DNA of 64,000 nucleotides from Macrostomum lignano (taxonomy: Eukaryota), in the NCBI GenBank assembly GCA_002269645.1, contig NIVC01001597.1, positions 279,981-343,980 on the forward strand, written 5' to 3'. Each line of letters starts with the position of its first letter. The stretch's first letter is position 1. Below, one piece after another: positions 24,588 through 36,239 of the stretch. Both the position numbers and the translations under genes were made by a program. Under the pieces are notes generated by a model. That model was not told the DNA's origin. It made no database searches and saw only the letters and a program-made list of their open reading frames with translations.

Positions 24588-27313
24588 CCACCTTGATTTA
24601 GGAATTCGTAATTATTATTTTTCGTTCAATTTTACTAAATTTTTGGAAATTAATCGTGTGCCCCAAAACACTCGGAAATTTTCGCGTAATTTTTTCAATG
24701 GTTGTTATTTTCGTCATTTTTTTTTCACAGGTTGTCCTCTCGTCCCAATTTTCGTTCCTCCCATCTGTCCCACCTTTGGAGCGATGTTTCCCCACTCTTG
24801 TTTGTTTTCTTTCCGGTTTTTTTTCTGCGCTACCGCCTCTGCCAACCTTGTGCCCACTCCCTTGCCCAACCCGCTGCCCAGCTGCCCGTCCAAGCTTCGC
24901 CCCTGTTGTTGTTTATTTTGCTATCTATTTATTTTTCATGTTTCTAACGCTACTGCAAAGCGGTCCGCCCCCCCCCCCCCCGGATCGACTGACTGATTGA
25001 CCGACCCCTTAGTAATATATTTTAAAAGGCGTACAAGCCGTATCTTAATCTCTTAGTGCACCACGGCTCTGTTCGAGGAATTATATTCGTCGTACCTAAA
25101 TAACTTTTACCTGCCTGCTAAACTATAATCTTCTATAACAATAATATTCAGTTCAGCAATAATAATAATAATAATAATCGAAAATATTGTTTCATAACTA
25201 ATTCACTAAGCCTATTAGCCTATCTTGAGTTATTTGCCCACGGGGCGTAAAACAAACCGAAGTCTCATCTCAAAGAAAGCTCTGAGACCATTAGACGTTC
25301 CGTAATACGTAAATTACGGTGGTGGCAGCAACTACCCTACTGAAAGTAACAAGTTCAACTCATCGACGCATTAATTTACGGAGTCAGAATCTCCTGTGTT
25401 TCTGCAACTGAACGACCGTGCCGCTCTACGACCGCTCCGCTACGATTACAACTACCCTCCCCCCGGACTTGAGAACCCGGCTGTCGGAGTAAAAGGAGAA
25501 GAAAATTTCGTTGAGATTCGTCTGCGCTAGTTTTCCGGCTTTATTCGTGCTTCAACAACGCCGGCGGCAATTCAAACGAGGAATCCGCCCCACCTCACTG
25601 GTGTCAGCAAATTTTCAAAACCCGACCGAACTAAAAAAAATTCTTCTCCACCCCCGCCTCATCTTGAACGATGTTCTTACAAGCGGCAAATAAACAAAAA
25701 CCTTGTTGAATTTTTCATGGCGCAACTGAAAAATGCCATACAACAAAAACTAGCAAACGTGATACCTAGTATCGCTCTGATTTGTTTATATAGCTAATAA
25801 TATTTGTGCTTTCGGTGTTTTTAATTCTTTAATACAAACGGTTTTGTGACAGTGTAATTCGTAATTTCGTAGAAGCATCGGTATCGTATTTCTTTATCTC
25901 ATTTGCATACCGTACTACTAGTACTGTATTCTTTCATTTATTCTAACAATATTCCATACGTATTATTATCGCTCTTCTGTTACTGTTAAATGCCTTATTT
26001 TTTGTAGCCTCTCTCGTATGTATTTATTCATATTTATTATTTGTATTTCATTCATAATCGTTATTATTTCTCGTAAAGTAGTTTCATCTATGTACATGTA
26101 CTGACGTTATGATATTCTTGCACGATATATTTTATCGATTAATTTGTACATGTACATTGCGCGTGGGGGGCCTGTCTGGCTTTTCGATTAGTGGTGTTGT
26201 CGTTATCTGTTTACCTACCAATTAAATATATGCTTACACTGCAGTCGCGGCCGCTCTCGCCCTTCCCTCCCTCGTTGCTTCGCTCCTCGCTCTAGGCTCG
26301 CGAACCCCTTAGCTATCCGGCCTCCTTGCCTCAACTCTTCCGCCGCCTACCTCGGCCCACCAATTATTAATCAACTGATCCCGATCCTAGCAATTTTCTA
26401 TATATCTAAATCTGCTGTCTTAAGTACAATCTAATTACCCGCTGCACAAAACCGTCTTCCCGCCTTTATTCGTCACAGTTTGTTAGTAGCCCGGTATCTG
26501 GAAAAACAGGCGCCACAAAACTTGACAGTCCGATCTTTACCTCGACCCGAAAGTGAGATTCCAGCGCCGGTTCCTCACAGGGACTTCGCATGTGACATAG
26601 CTGGACATACGACATGTTATCACGTCACCTGTCTCCCAGCCAGGTTTATATATTTTTCAGCTGCTACTGCCATACAGTGCATATAAATCATCCCACTCTA
26701 TAGCTAGTTTGTAGGGATTTAAATGAATAAGGCGTAAAGGCGGTGGTTCTCAATATTATTGCTAATAAGATAGGTTTGTAAGATAGGTCGAAGAAGAAAC
26801 TGCATGCAACCGTTTGATTGCGGGTGCTTTATATTTATAGCTTTCTCATGGAACATTCTGGAAGAGGGAGTTTTCTAGAAAGAGTTCGCGCGGGAATTCA
26901 AGTTACTATATTTAGAATCATATACGGTATAGCGAGGAAATTTCTAGAATGAAATGTTTACTGCATGAATGGTCTAAAAGTTTTGCACAGCTAGGTTTAG
27001 TACAAGGTCACTATAAGTTCTTAACCAGGTGCCACAAAGATTAACAGTCGCCTTGACATGTAACTTTACATTTGCTTTCTTAAAACTGCTTTGATATTCG
27101 AGAAAGAAACTATTTTACTAGGAAACTGCTACTACAGTGACAGGCAGAATTGATAAACTCAGAGAAAGGCAAATAAATTGTTACCGTTTTTATATGAATT
27201 ATCCGTTATGGTCTGTGATGTGCACCCTATGCATGCACGTACATGCAGTTATCACACAGAAGGTATACACGAGCTACATGTACTTGCACACGTTTTACAT
27301 GTTGTACATACAT

Positions 27314-27518
27314 GCATGTAAGGCGGGTACAGCACGCCTGTGTAGCATGAGACAGACTAGGCCTACGGGCTAAGGTCTGCGATCCTACACACCTGCACCC
27401 CCTCTATTCTGGTGCAGGAATGGCAGGAGAACTCTCTCCAAGCTGACTCGCAAGCCGACCCAGGGGTTCACGTCCCGCATGTGTTCAAGGCAGCTCTAGG
27501 GCTGCTGGACTGACTGGG
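27314..27518 (+). ncRNA. HDV-like (CPEB3-type) self-cleaving ribozyme at the LINE 5' end
   Basis: P1 GCAUGU 27314-19 / 27477-82 (G1.U wobble); P2 CCCAG 27459-63 / CUGGG 27514-18; P3 GGG 27464-66 / CCC 27474-76; L3 UUCACGU; J1.1/4 GU; P4 hairpin 27485-27509; J4/2 CUGA with the catalytic-C equivalent at 27510; long structured J1/2. Confidence 0.78.
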
Positions 27519-27914
27519 CTCCGGCGGCGGCAACCCATCCGTGGCCTTTTGGCCAAATTGGGTACGGGCTCCGCCCGGAAGTGCACCTGTGCGTATCAGG
27601 TACCTCTGGCCACGGCTCTGAGGAACAGGTACCACCCTCTGACCTTAACAGGGTATGCGGCCAGTCCGCAGGCTCCGGAGGCAGTCCTCCTGCTTCCCTC
27701 AAGGGCCCAGTGTAGTACCGTGCTGATGGTCCTTTGGTTCGGCCTCTGGTTTTTCCAAGCCGGGCTCTTAGCCGGGGAGTTTCTCGGTTGCTAGCGGTCG
27801 GGCCGGTACGGGCTTAAGCCACCCCCGGTCGCTACCTCTTGGCCTGGTTGTTGGGTTTGGGGTTTCGGCCCAGCGGCTTCTCACCTTCAGTCCCCACTCG
27901 CCTTTCAGCGACTC

Positions 27915-29356
27915 ATGGAGTATTCTTTTACCTCCGACACGTCCGAGGCTGCTGGAGCACCAACCGAGGTTGGCACCGCGGCCCAGCCGGACATTCGCAA
28001 CACCGGAACCCCCGGTGCCTCTCAATCTGCCGCTGCCGCCGCTCAGGATAATACCGGAGTGGCTGGACAAGACAGCGGACCTCAGATTTCGAAAAAGAAG
28101 GCCCGTAGCATTGCTCGCTACAAAGCCTTTCTCCAGCGCAAAGCTGAGGAACGGAGGAATGCGAAAGCCGCCCCTCCGGCCACCTCTGAGGAGGGTGCCG
28201 GTAACTCTGCGAACCCCGCGGAGGAGCCGACATCCGACAAGGGGGTGGACCCGCGCGCCGGTCTGATGCGTCAGGTGCCGCCGAAGCTCCTGGTGCGGCT
28301 GGCCCCTCCCGTGACCGGACCTCTGCCCGTGTGGAAGCTCCCACGGTCGTGGAGGGATCCAAAGCGGGGGGCGCTGGCCAAACCACAAAGCCGAAGCGAA
28401 CCTACGCGGCTATGGCCAAGAGGCAGCCGGCCCTGGTTATCCAAGGCCAGGAGACGCCTCTTACGGCCGAACAGCTCGACCTTATCTGGCGCAGGTTGGA
28501 CTCCCACCTGGTCAAGATGGCCTTGAGCGGCACTACCATTCGAGTCCAAAAGACGAAAGTCGAGGACCAAGCCCTCTATATCCAGCCCGCCGACAGCCAG
28601 TCAGGACAGCAGCTCCTCGAGCTGCTGAAAACCTTCGACTGGGGTACGGAGCTGGAGAACCTGTTCATCTACAGGGAGGACGAGCGACCCCGGACACACC
28701 GGCACCGTGCCTGGATCCCGGCTCGCAGCTGCATCACCAAGGCCGACGAGCTGCGTCACCTGCTAGTGGCTTCCAACCCGGAGCTACCGGCCAACGGTGT
28801 CGTAGTTCACGAGACCATCTCCAAGCCGGGCGGAGACGGTTTCACGGCTATTCTTGGACTGTCGGACAGCTGGATGCTCCGCTACCCGGACATGTCCATC
28901 ATCTCTGTCGGGCTGTTGCAGATTCAGCTCTTTAGCTTTGAGTCTGACGCCACCCGCCCACCGCCCCCGGAGAAGCGTAAGCGGGCAGTCGGGGGCTCTG
29001 CCGGGCGGAAACGCCCAGGAAAAGAAGCTCCCGGTCGTCACGACCCCTCCGAGGACGTGGACCCTGTCAGAGGGAAAGCCGCGAAAGCTGCAGCAACAGG
29101 CGGACGTGGAAAGGGCCGGAAACCCGCCCGGAACACTATCCGCTCTGGTCTGACTCAGCGCGCGAAGCAGCTGCTGGACACCGCCAAGGCCCCCAACCGC
29201 AGCCACCCCCAGCCCAGTGTCACCACTGCGGCTCCCCCGGAAAACCGGGCCGAGAGCGAGAATGCCGCCCAGGTAGCGACATCGCCCTCGACCATGGAAT
29301 CCATCCGGGAGGAGCCCATGGAGCTGGAGCCTGGAGCTATTGGCGAGGCAGAATAG
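27915..29356 (+). CDS. LINE ORF1 (gag-like/nucleic acid chaperone), one frameshift near 28330
   Basis: Frame A MEYSFT...PVTGPLPV (27915 onward) continues in frame B as EAPTVVEGS...QETPLTAEQLDLIW... to TAG 29356. The central domain recalls the DUF4780-type ORF1 of LOA elements (from memory, unverified). Confidence 0.75.
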
Positions 29357-29379
29357 GCAGCTCTCCTGCACAACTCGCC

Positions 29380-32300
29380 TTGAGCCGGCAGGAAGCTGCG
29401 CGGACCACTCCTGGAATCCCCGGAGTGGACATCCTGCAGCTTAACCTGCACCACTGCATCGCGGCCTCGACCAACCTGATGCAGGTGGCAAACTTTGCGA
29501 AACCGGGCATCATCCTACTCCAGGAGCCCTGGACAAAGAAAGGTAAGATTTCGAATATTCCTGCTGGTTTTGACTGTTTTCAAGACCCCCAAAACCCCAG
29601 AGCAGCCATTTTCGTTTCTACCCACCTCAAAGCTTGGCACAGACCGGACCTCTCTGACAGAGACCTCTGTGTCATTCAGTCCAACCACATTATCACCAAC
29701 CGCACGGTCATCATCGCCTCGATCTATATCCCTGGTGATGGCCCCGCGGTTCCACCCAACCTCACCTCCCTCGTGGACTACTGCTCTAACCGTAGGTTCG
29801 AGCTGCTGGTGGCGGGCGACATCAACGCTCACCACACCCACTGGGGCAGTAATACTTCCAATAGCAGAGGCGAGGAACTTCTTGCTTACATCTGCACCAC
29901 CAACACTGAGTTTTGCAACATTGGTGGAACCCCCACCTTTGACAACGGGCGATGGACGGAGGCCCTCGACGTTACCCTCGTCTCCCATGGCTTGGCTCCT
30001 TTAGTCAAGGACTGGGAGGTGTGGGACGAAGAGGAGTCTCTGTCTGACCATCGTTTCGTTCGTTTTCGTTTGCAATCCTCTTGCCCCAAGCCTCACATTC
30101 TGTGGAAAAGGAACGTCCGGAACACTGATTGGACGGCTTTCACGGAAACCCTGAAATGCCAGACAGATCAGCTGACTACCGTCGCTCCAACCACCTGTCA
30201 GGAAGTGGATGACCTTGCAGACTTGCTCAGCAAGACCGTCCTGACAGCCCATGAGGCTTCCTGTCCTCTTAAAGCCTACAAAGGCAAAAAATCCGCCCCC
30301 TGGTGGCACCCGGTGCTCGGATCCCTCCGGCGCAAGGCAAAGTGCCTCCAACGGAAAGCTCGCAAGAGCAAGGACCCAGCTGACCTGGCCGCCTATCAAG
30401 AAGCGATCCGCGACTTTAAGCGTGAAACCAGGAAAGCCAAGTCCGACAAATGGCGCCAATACTGCGCGGAGTTAGAAGGCACCCGCCCTACTTCGCGCGT
30501 AGTTAAGGCTCTCACCCTCGACAAAATGTCAAAGCTCTCAGTTATTAAAAGACCGGACGGCCGGCTCGCTGAGAACCCTGGGGAATCGCTGGACATTATG
30601 CTCACCAGCTCTTTCCCACGTGCCGCACCGCAGCTAGGCCCACCGGACCACTCTCCGGGCGGACAGATCCTGGCTTCGACCATCATTACTAGAGAGAGGA
30701 CGGCTCGCGCCGCAAAATCCTCTCCTTTTAAGTCCCCGGGTCCTGACAACATTTATCCTGCCTTCCTTTATGAGGCAGTTAAAAATGACAGGTTTCTCGG
30801 CCTCCTCTGCAACCTCTTCAAGGCCAGCATTACCCTCGGGTATGTGCCAAAAGCCTGGCAAGAGGCTACGGTAGTCTTCATACCCAAGCCAGGAAAGGGA
30901 GACTATCACTCCGCCAAAGCTTACCGCCCTATCAGTCTGACGTCCTTCTTCCTCAAACTGATGGAACGGCTGGTGCTCTGGCGCCTTCTCCTCGTTGAGC
31001 TGAGGAACTCCCCGCTCTCCCCTAATCAGCACGCCTTTCGTCCTGGACGTTCCATCGAAAGTGCGCTGCACGCCATTGTCGACAAGCTGGAGCGCGCCGT
31101 GCTTGGCAGTGGATACGCGCTATCGCTTTTCCTCGACATTGATGGTGCTTTTAACAATGTGCTCTTTGAAGCCTTTAAGCGAGCCCTGGAATCCCGGGGC
31201 ACGCACGATCACCTCACCCGCTGGATCATGTACATGGTCTCCCATCGTACTGCCACCTCGCACCTCCTGGGACACTCACGCTCCGTGGAAGTCCAGAAAG
31301 GCGGACCGCAAGGTGGAGTCCTCAGCCCGATCCTCTGGAACTTAGTCATGGACGAGCTGCTTTGCAGCCCGCATCCGGACCCTGTTCAGAAGGTCGGCTA
31401 TGCGGACGATGTTACCGCCACTGTGGCTGGACCATCGCCCCCGGTCCTCAGGGACCTCCTTCAAGCCTTCATCCACCGTGCCGAGCGCTGGGCACATAGC
31501 TGCGGTCTCAGGTTCTCTGAATCTAAAACCGTGGCTATCATGTTCACCAGCCGCCGAAACTGGAGGATCGAACCGCTCTCCCTCTACGGCAAACCTGTTG
31601 CCATGGAGAAACAAACTAGATGTCTGGGCGTCACCCTCGACCACAGGTTGAGCTGGACCCCGCACATCCAAACCAAAGCCCGCAAAGCTCTCGCGACTCT
31701 CGCGCAGATCCGCAGAGCTTTCGGTGCTACTTGGGGCCTCACCCCCCGCCGCCTCTGGTGGATTTACACTGCGATTGTTAGACCGGCCATCTCCTTCGCC
31801 GGCTTCATTTGGAACAGTGCCCTAGAGGTGAAAGGGGTTCTTGAGGTTTTAAATAGGGTGCAAGGCCGCGCTTGTCGAGCTATCATGAGCGCGGCTCCCT
31901 CAACGCCCTTCGCTGGCATGAACTCCTTCTTGGACATTCCCCCCCTCGACCTCTTTGTTAGAGGGGAGGCTATGAAAACCACCCGTCGTCTGCTTGACGC
32001 GGGTGTCCAAATCCAGAAGCAGTTTGCCTTCAGAAAGCGGAACCTCCGGCCGCACGGCGACCTCAGCCTGCGAGACCTGGAAGCAGCGAGAGGCCTGCTG
32101 ACCCTCTCGGACGGAATCCCGTCCACGCTCTGCCCCCCGCTCAAATTCAAAACCAGCATTCCACCACGCCATGAAGCGAGAGACAACTGGAAACCCCATG
32201 AAATCCACTGCTTCACTGACGGGTCCCAAATCAACTCCGCCTCTGGATACGGCTACTGCATCGTGTCTGGAGGGAGAACTGTGGCGACCTTCTCCCAACA

Positions 32301-33125
32301 CACCGGCACCTGCTCCACCGTCTTCCAGAACGAAGTTCTCGCCATCAGCTCCTGCGCCATGGAGCTGTACAATCAGCGCGTCTGGGGGAAGGAAATTACC
32401 CTCCACTCGGACAGTCAAGCGGCAATTCACGCCCTTGAGCGCACCACCACCTGCTCGCGTACAGTCTTCGACTGCATCGGGCAGCTCAACCGCTTAGGCG
32501 CCTCCAACAAGGTGTCCCTAAGGTGGATCCCCGGGCATTCGGGCCACCCCGGCAACGAGCTGGCCGATCGCCTGGCTAAGGTTGGCTCGACCGGTTCTTT
32601 TACTGGTCCCCTGCCCGTGGCCCCACCCCCATCGCTGTTGTCACCACTCGGATCAACCAGTGGGTGGCTTCTAAGCACAGGGAGAGGTGGGCTAACGCCC
32701 CCGACTGCCGGCAATCCCGCGCGGCTGTCCCCTGTCCCTCCCCCGCCCTTCGCAGGGCCCTGCTTGGACTCAACCGCAGGGACATCAGGGCGGTTACCAT
32801 GGCCCTCTCGGGTCATGGCTGCTTTGCCAGGCATCGTTACCTCCAGGAGAAAATCCGCAGTGAGGAATGCCCTTTCTGCCTCTCCGGTGTCGAGAATGCG
32901 GAGCAATTCATCTGTGAATGCCCCGCCTTTACTCAGGACAGGCTCACCTACCTCGGCCCAAACCCGGACCTCTCCGACGTTTTCAGGCCCGAGAATCTCT
33001 GCCAGCTCGTCCGCTACCTAAGGGCTACCGGGCGAGCGACAATCCACCTCCTGGACTCTCCGGAGGGGGACCGCGCTGCGGACGCCGGCGCCACCGGAAC
33101 TCCCTGCGCGACACCGCAGCACTAG
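29380..33125 (+). CDS. pol: LINE ORF2 polyprotein: AP endonuclease, reverse transcriptase, RNase H, C-terminal zinc knuckle; one frameshift near 32625
   Basis: APE motifs [24 protein letters not shown]; RT motifs [20 protein letters not shown]; RNase H motifs [30 protein letters not shown]. After a shift in the C-run at about 32618-32635 the frame reads LSGHG...CPFC...EQFICECP, to the stop at 33125. Confidence 0.93.
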
Positions 33126-33369
33126 CTGCCCGTGGTCGCCAGGGGTTAGCGAAATGGGCGGCAACGCCTCCTCGCTGTTTCCGGACGCACGGAGCCCCCT
33201 GCAGCTAAGTCAAGTAAGTCAAGTAAGTTGTACTTGTACATACATAAATGTAATTATTTGTGTTAAGGCAATGGACAAGTTGCATGGTCGTCTCTGATGT
33301 AAATATGCACATATAGTAGTATATATTCACGTGCGCGTCAATCATACCTATACATGTACATCATGCATG

Positions 33370-34449
33370 TGAGGTATTGGTATCTTGCCTGTGGTTGTTG
33401 TCAAGAGCCTTCAATAGAAGTTCTGCCGGCGTTTTCGGGCTATCTCGGGCGGCCAGGCGAATTTCCCAGCGCTGGGCGGTGACCTCTAGCTGGCGATTTC
33501 TTAGAATCGATACTCGTAGCGTAGGTAGTGCTGCCACCAGCTTCGCAGAGTCGCAGCCTTCGGTGAGGTGCTGAGCTCGTAGAAGCAAATAACTAAGACG
33601 ACAGAGAAAGTCAAGCACTTCGTGCAGGTTTAGCAGTTCTCGAGAAGAAGCGTCCACAGTCAGCAGTTCCTGCCGGGCTAGTGCGAGGGTAGAGCGATGG
33701 TGCTAGCTTCGGGAAGGCTAAGCTGTCCTGCTAATAGATAGCAAGAACAATCAGAAGCAGGCACACTCAAAGTCAGGTAACTTGGGAGTTCAAACTTAGC
33801 ACAAACTTGAGGCTTGGGTTGATCCGAAAGGTCCGACAGGCTTGAACGGGAGAAAGGCTGGCACGCAGGCTTGTCTGAACCAAGCCATGAGAGGGGCTGC
33901 ATTTATAGATAGGGAGAATCGATTGCACCATAGCACGAAAGACCCCCGCTGAGGTCAGGAGTGACTCTGTTGCTATTTTTAGCAACGAGCGAGCGGGTTC
34001 TGCCTCAGAGGAGGCAGGGGTCCGGGCGCACGTGATTCCTCATAAACACGAGCCCAGCGCACAATGATGAAATCATTGCACTTTGGACTAAAGAAGGAAG
34101 AAGGCCCTGTCATGTGACTGGCTCACATGACAGGGGAAAAAGGCCCACAAGTGAAGGCACTCGTGACCGTGAGACCGGAAAACAGAACAGCACTCCAAAT
34201 TTGGAGATGCTAAACAGAGAACGAAACAGAGGCAGGCCAGACCAAGCTGTCTGGGCACTGCAAAAAGGGAACACGAAACAGAAGGGGGCAAACGAGGACA
34301 AACAGACAGACAGACAAACAGGCAAGGAACAGGCCAAAGGACAGGCGATAAGGGACAGGCAACTGCCCAGCGGCAGACAGAAGCCTGGGGCGAGAGCGAG
34401 GGAAACAGCTGATTAGTGCGGCGCCTAACTAAACTAGCGACTCACTACA
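33370..34449 (-). mobile_element. Solo LTR (Gypsy-like), 1080 bp
   Basis: On the minus strand starts TGTAGTGA and ends CCTCA. 4-bp TSD CATG at 33366-33369 and 34450-34453. TATA-like CTATAAAT near 33905. Colinear homology to the LTR at 63126. Confidence 0.8.
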
Positions 34450-34943
34450 CATGTACATTTTTTACATACATGTAAGAAATTGTTTCTTTTGGTGTTACAT
34501 GTAAATTAAAAACACATATTTTAGCTATCTACATGTATACTCCTAAGTTCCTACTAAAGTTAATAAGGCTAAAATAGGCTGTTCTTTGTTGCTGATTATG
34601 TGGCAATTGTTTATCGATCCAGGCGTACTCATTTTTAGTATATACAACATTTAAATTTACTGAGTTGTTTGCGCTTAGCGCAATAGCTAATGTTTGAGCC
34701 AACTCTGATTTACAGTAAAGTATAACAATCACCTGTCACTTCGACGCAAAATTGAATAACTACAGTCTGAAAAAGTACTGTTGCATGATCTTTATAGTCT
34801 GATTATAGCTATATAGTTTTTAGATTTTTATTTATTAATAATTTATTTTTAACAGGCATCTACTTGTAACATGTAACAGTGTGTTTTATAAATCAGAAAG
34901 AATCTCCAATGGTAAATATTTAGTTGGCAATTAGTGTTCCTCG

Positions 34944-36239
34944 TTAGCATTTTGACTCAACAGCAGCTAGCATAGTGTTGTACATCTCGCTAAAACAGCT
35001 GCTCAAGTCGCTGTCAGTAGTTGCAGAAATCTCGCAGCCATATTGAAGCACTAGCAGCAAAATGCTTCTCGTATGGGAACAAGTGCTCAAAGTAAGCTCG
35101 ATGCTAACAGCTTCCTTGAGGTGAGCCAATGCATCCTGTGTGAATTCGCCGGCCAAATTAACGGTTGCAGCACCCAGAAGAGTAAAAGCAGATGCGGTTA
35201 AAGGGCTGCCGGGAAAGTGTTCCTTTAAAGCAAACGCGCTTTTACTTAGAAGGACGCTGGCTTTCTCTAAATTCTTCATCAATTCTTCAGTAGAAACAGT
35301 TTGATTCAACGGCTGCTTCTTCCATCTAGCTGTCAGAGGACAGGTCTCTTCATACTCGCTGACTCCTTCGATGTAGTCAGAAAATGCAATGAAATAAATC
35401 TTGGAACGTTCGCTAATAAGGTCTGAGCAGTCGATGAGCTTGCGCGCTACAGCAATCAGTGCACGACTCTTTCGAGTCTGACGCAGTTCAACAAAGCAGG
35501 AAGCCATTCGTAGAATAACGACAATCGACTGGGTGCTTGGCACAATGTCCGAGTCGCTGCGCCGAACCAATTTGTTATTACGCGTTCTACGCTCCAACGA
35601 GAAGTCTAGAAACTGTGGCGCTTTCTCAAAAAATCTACGCCCGCCAACATCTTTTTGAGTAGCGCAGTTCAGCATTAGCCTGGAGACGGACTCGCACATG
35701 AGGCCAGTCAGCTCCGGGGCCAGGGCTGGCCAAGAGTCGCCCAGTCGCAGCAGATATTTAGCAAGCCGGTAGGCACCCTCCGTCAGCCACAGCCAAGCGA
35801 AGCTGCCCCGACGCGAGTCGCTGCACAAGGCCAGATGGGCCTCGTTAACTAAGAACAGAACGCTAGCGAATGCCATTCCTATTCTTTGTCCACCCTCTTC
35901 ATCAATAAACTGATTAGCCAATTGTCTGAAAGCAGCAATACGATCCAATTTGTCTACGGATTTGACAGATGACCAGAGTAGTTCTTCAGCCTGTTGGCCA
36001 ATTAGTGCCAGAAATTCGTCCTGCAGTTCGCAGGCGCTAGCCAGGTCGCTGCTGCAACGACGCCTGAGCTGCTCGTTTGCCAGAATCACCAGTGAGCAAG
36101 CTCTGGCGAACGGAGCCGCGTCACTACATGTAAATTTAAATGCGTTGTTTCTGGCTGTCCAAAACTCTGTATGATCCTGCTCGGGTACAAACCGCAACCA
36201 GGTACCCACTCGGATGATGGGCTCTTGACCAGAGCTCAT
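34944..36239 (-). CDS. Helical/TPR-like array family member T5: single-module (exon 1 only) copy, 431 aa
   Basis: Intact ATG-to-stop ORF homologous to exon 1 of T1-T4 (RRSDSDI, ETCPL, PLTASAFTLLG motifs). No module-2 exon is recognisable downstream. Confidence 0.75.
   Translation of the reverse strand: MSSGQEPIIRVGTWLRFVPEQDHTEFWTARNNAFKFTCSDAAPFARACSLVILANEQLRRRCSSDLASACELQDEFLALIGQQAEELLWSSVKSVDKLDRIAAFRQLANQFIDEEGGQRIGMAFASVLFLVNEAHLALCSDSRRGSFAWLWLTEGAYRLAKYLLRLGDSWPALAPELTGLMCESVSRLMLNCATQKDVGGRRFFEKAPQFLDFSLERRTRNNKLVRRSDSDIVPSTQSIVVILRMASCFVELRQTRKSRALIAVARKLIDCSDLISERSKIYFIAFSDYIEGVSEYEETCPLTARWKKQPLNQTVSTEELMKNLEKASVLLSKSAFALKEHFPGSPLTASAFTLLGAATVNLAGEFTQDALAHLKEAVSIELTLSTCSHTRSILLLVLQYGCEISATTDSDLSSCFSEMYNTMLAAVESKC

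Larger units (their letters stand above)
27314..33233 (+). mobile_element. Near full-length non-LTR retrotransposon, LOA/Lian-like clade (ORF1 + APE-RT-RNase H-zinc knuckle ORF2)
   Basis: Two ORFs, a GC-rich 5' UTR, and a short-repeat tail (TAAGTCAAG)2TAAGT at about 33206-33228. Candidate 12-bp TSD TTGTACATACAT at 27302-27313 and 33234-33245. The clade call rests on the LQLNLHH endonuclease start plus RNase H. Confidence 0.92.

Noticed and set aside
26481-27046. Candidate solo LTR (TGTTA...TAACA, internal TATA-like tract)
   Set aside because: No TSD. The terminal similarity is better explained by a degenerate direct repeat (26507-26530 vs 27026-27049). Left unclassified.
27496-33208. Many overlapping antisense and alternate-frame ORFs
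   Set aside because: Shadows of the GC-rich LINE ORFs, except 32664-33125, which is the frameshifted true end of ORF2.
33361-33657. 98-aa ORF inside the solo LTR
   Set aside because: Starts at GTG, and the homologous part of the 63126 LTR shows indels that do not preserve the frame.
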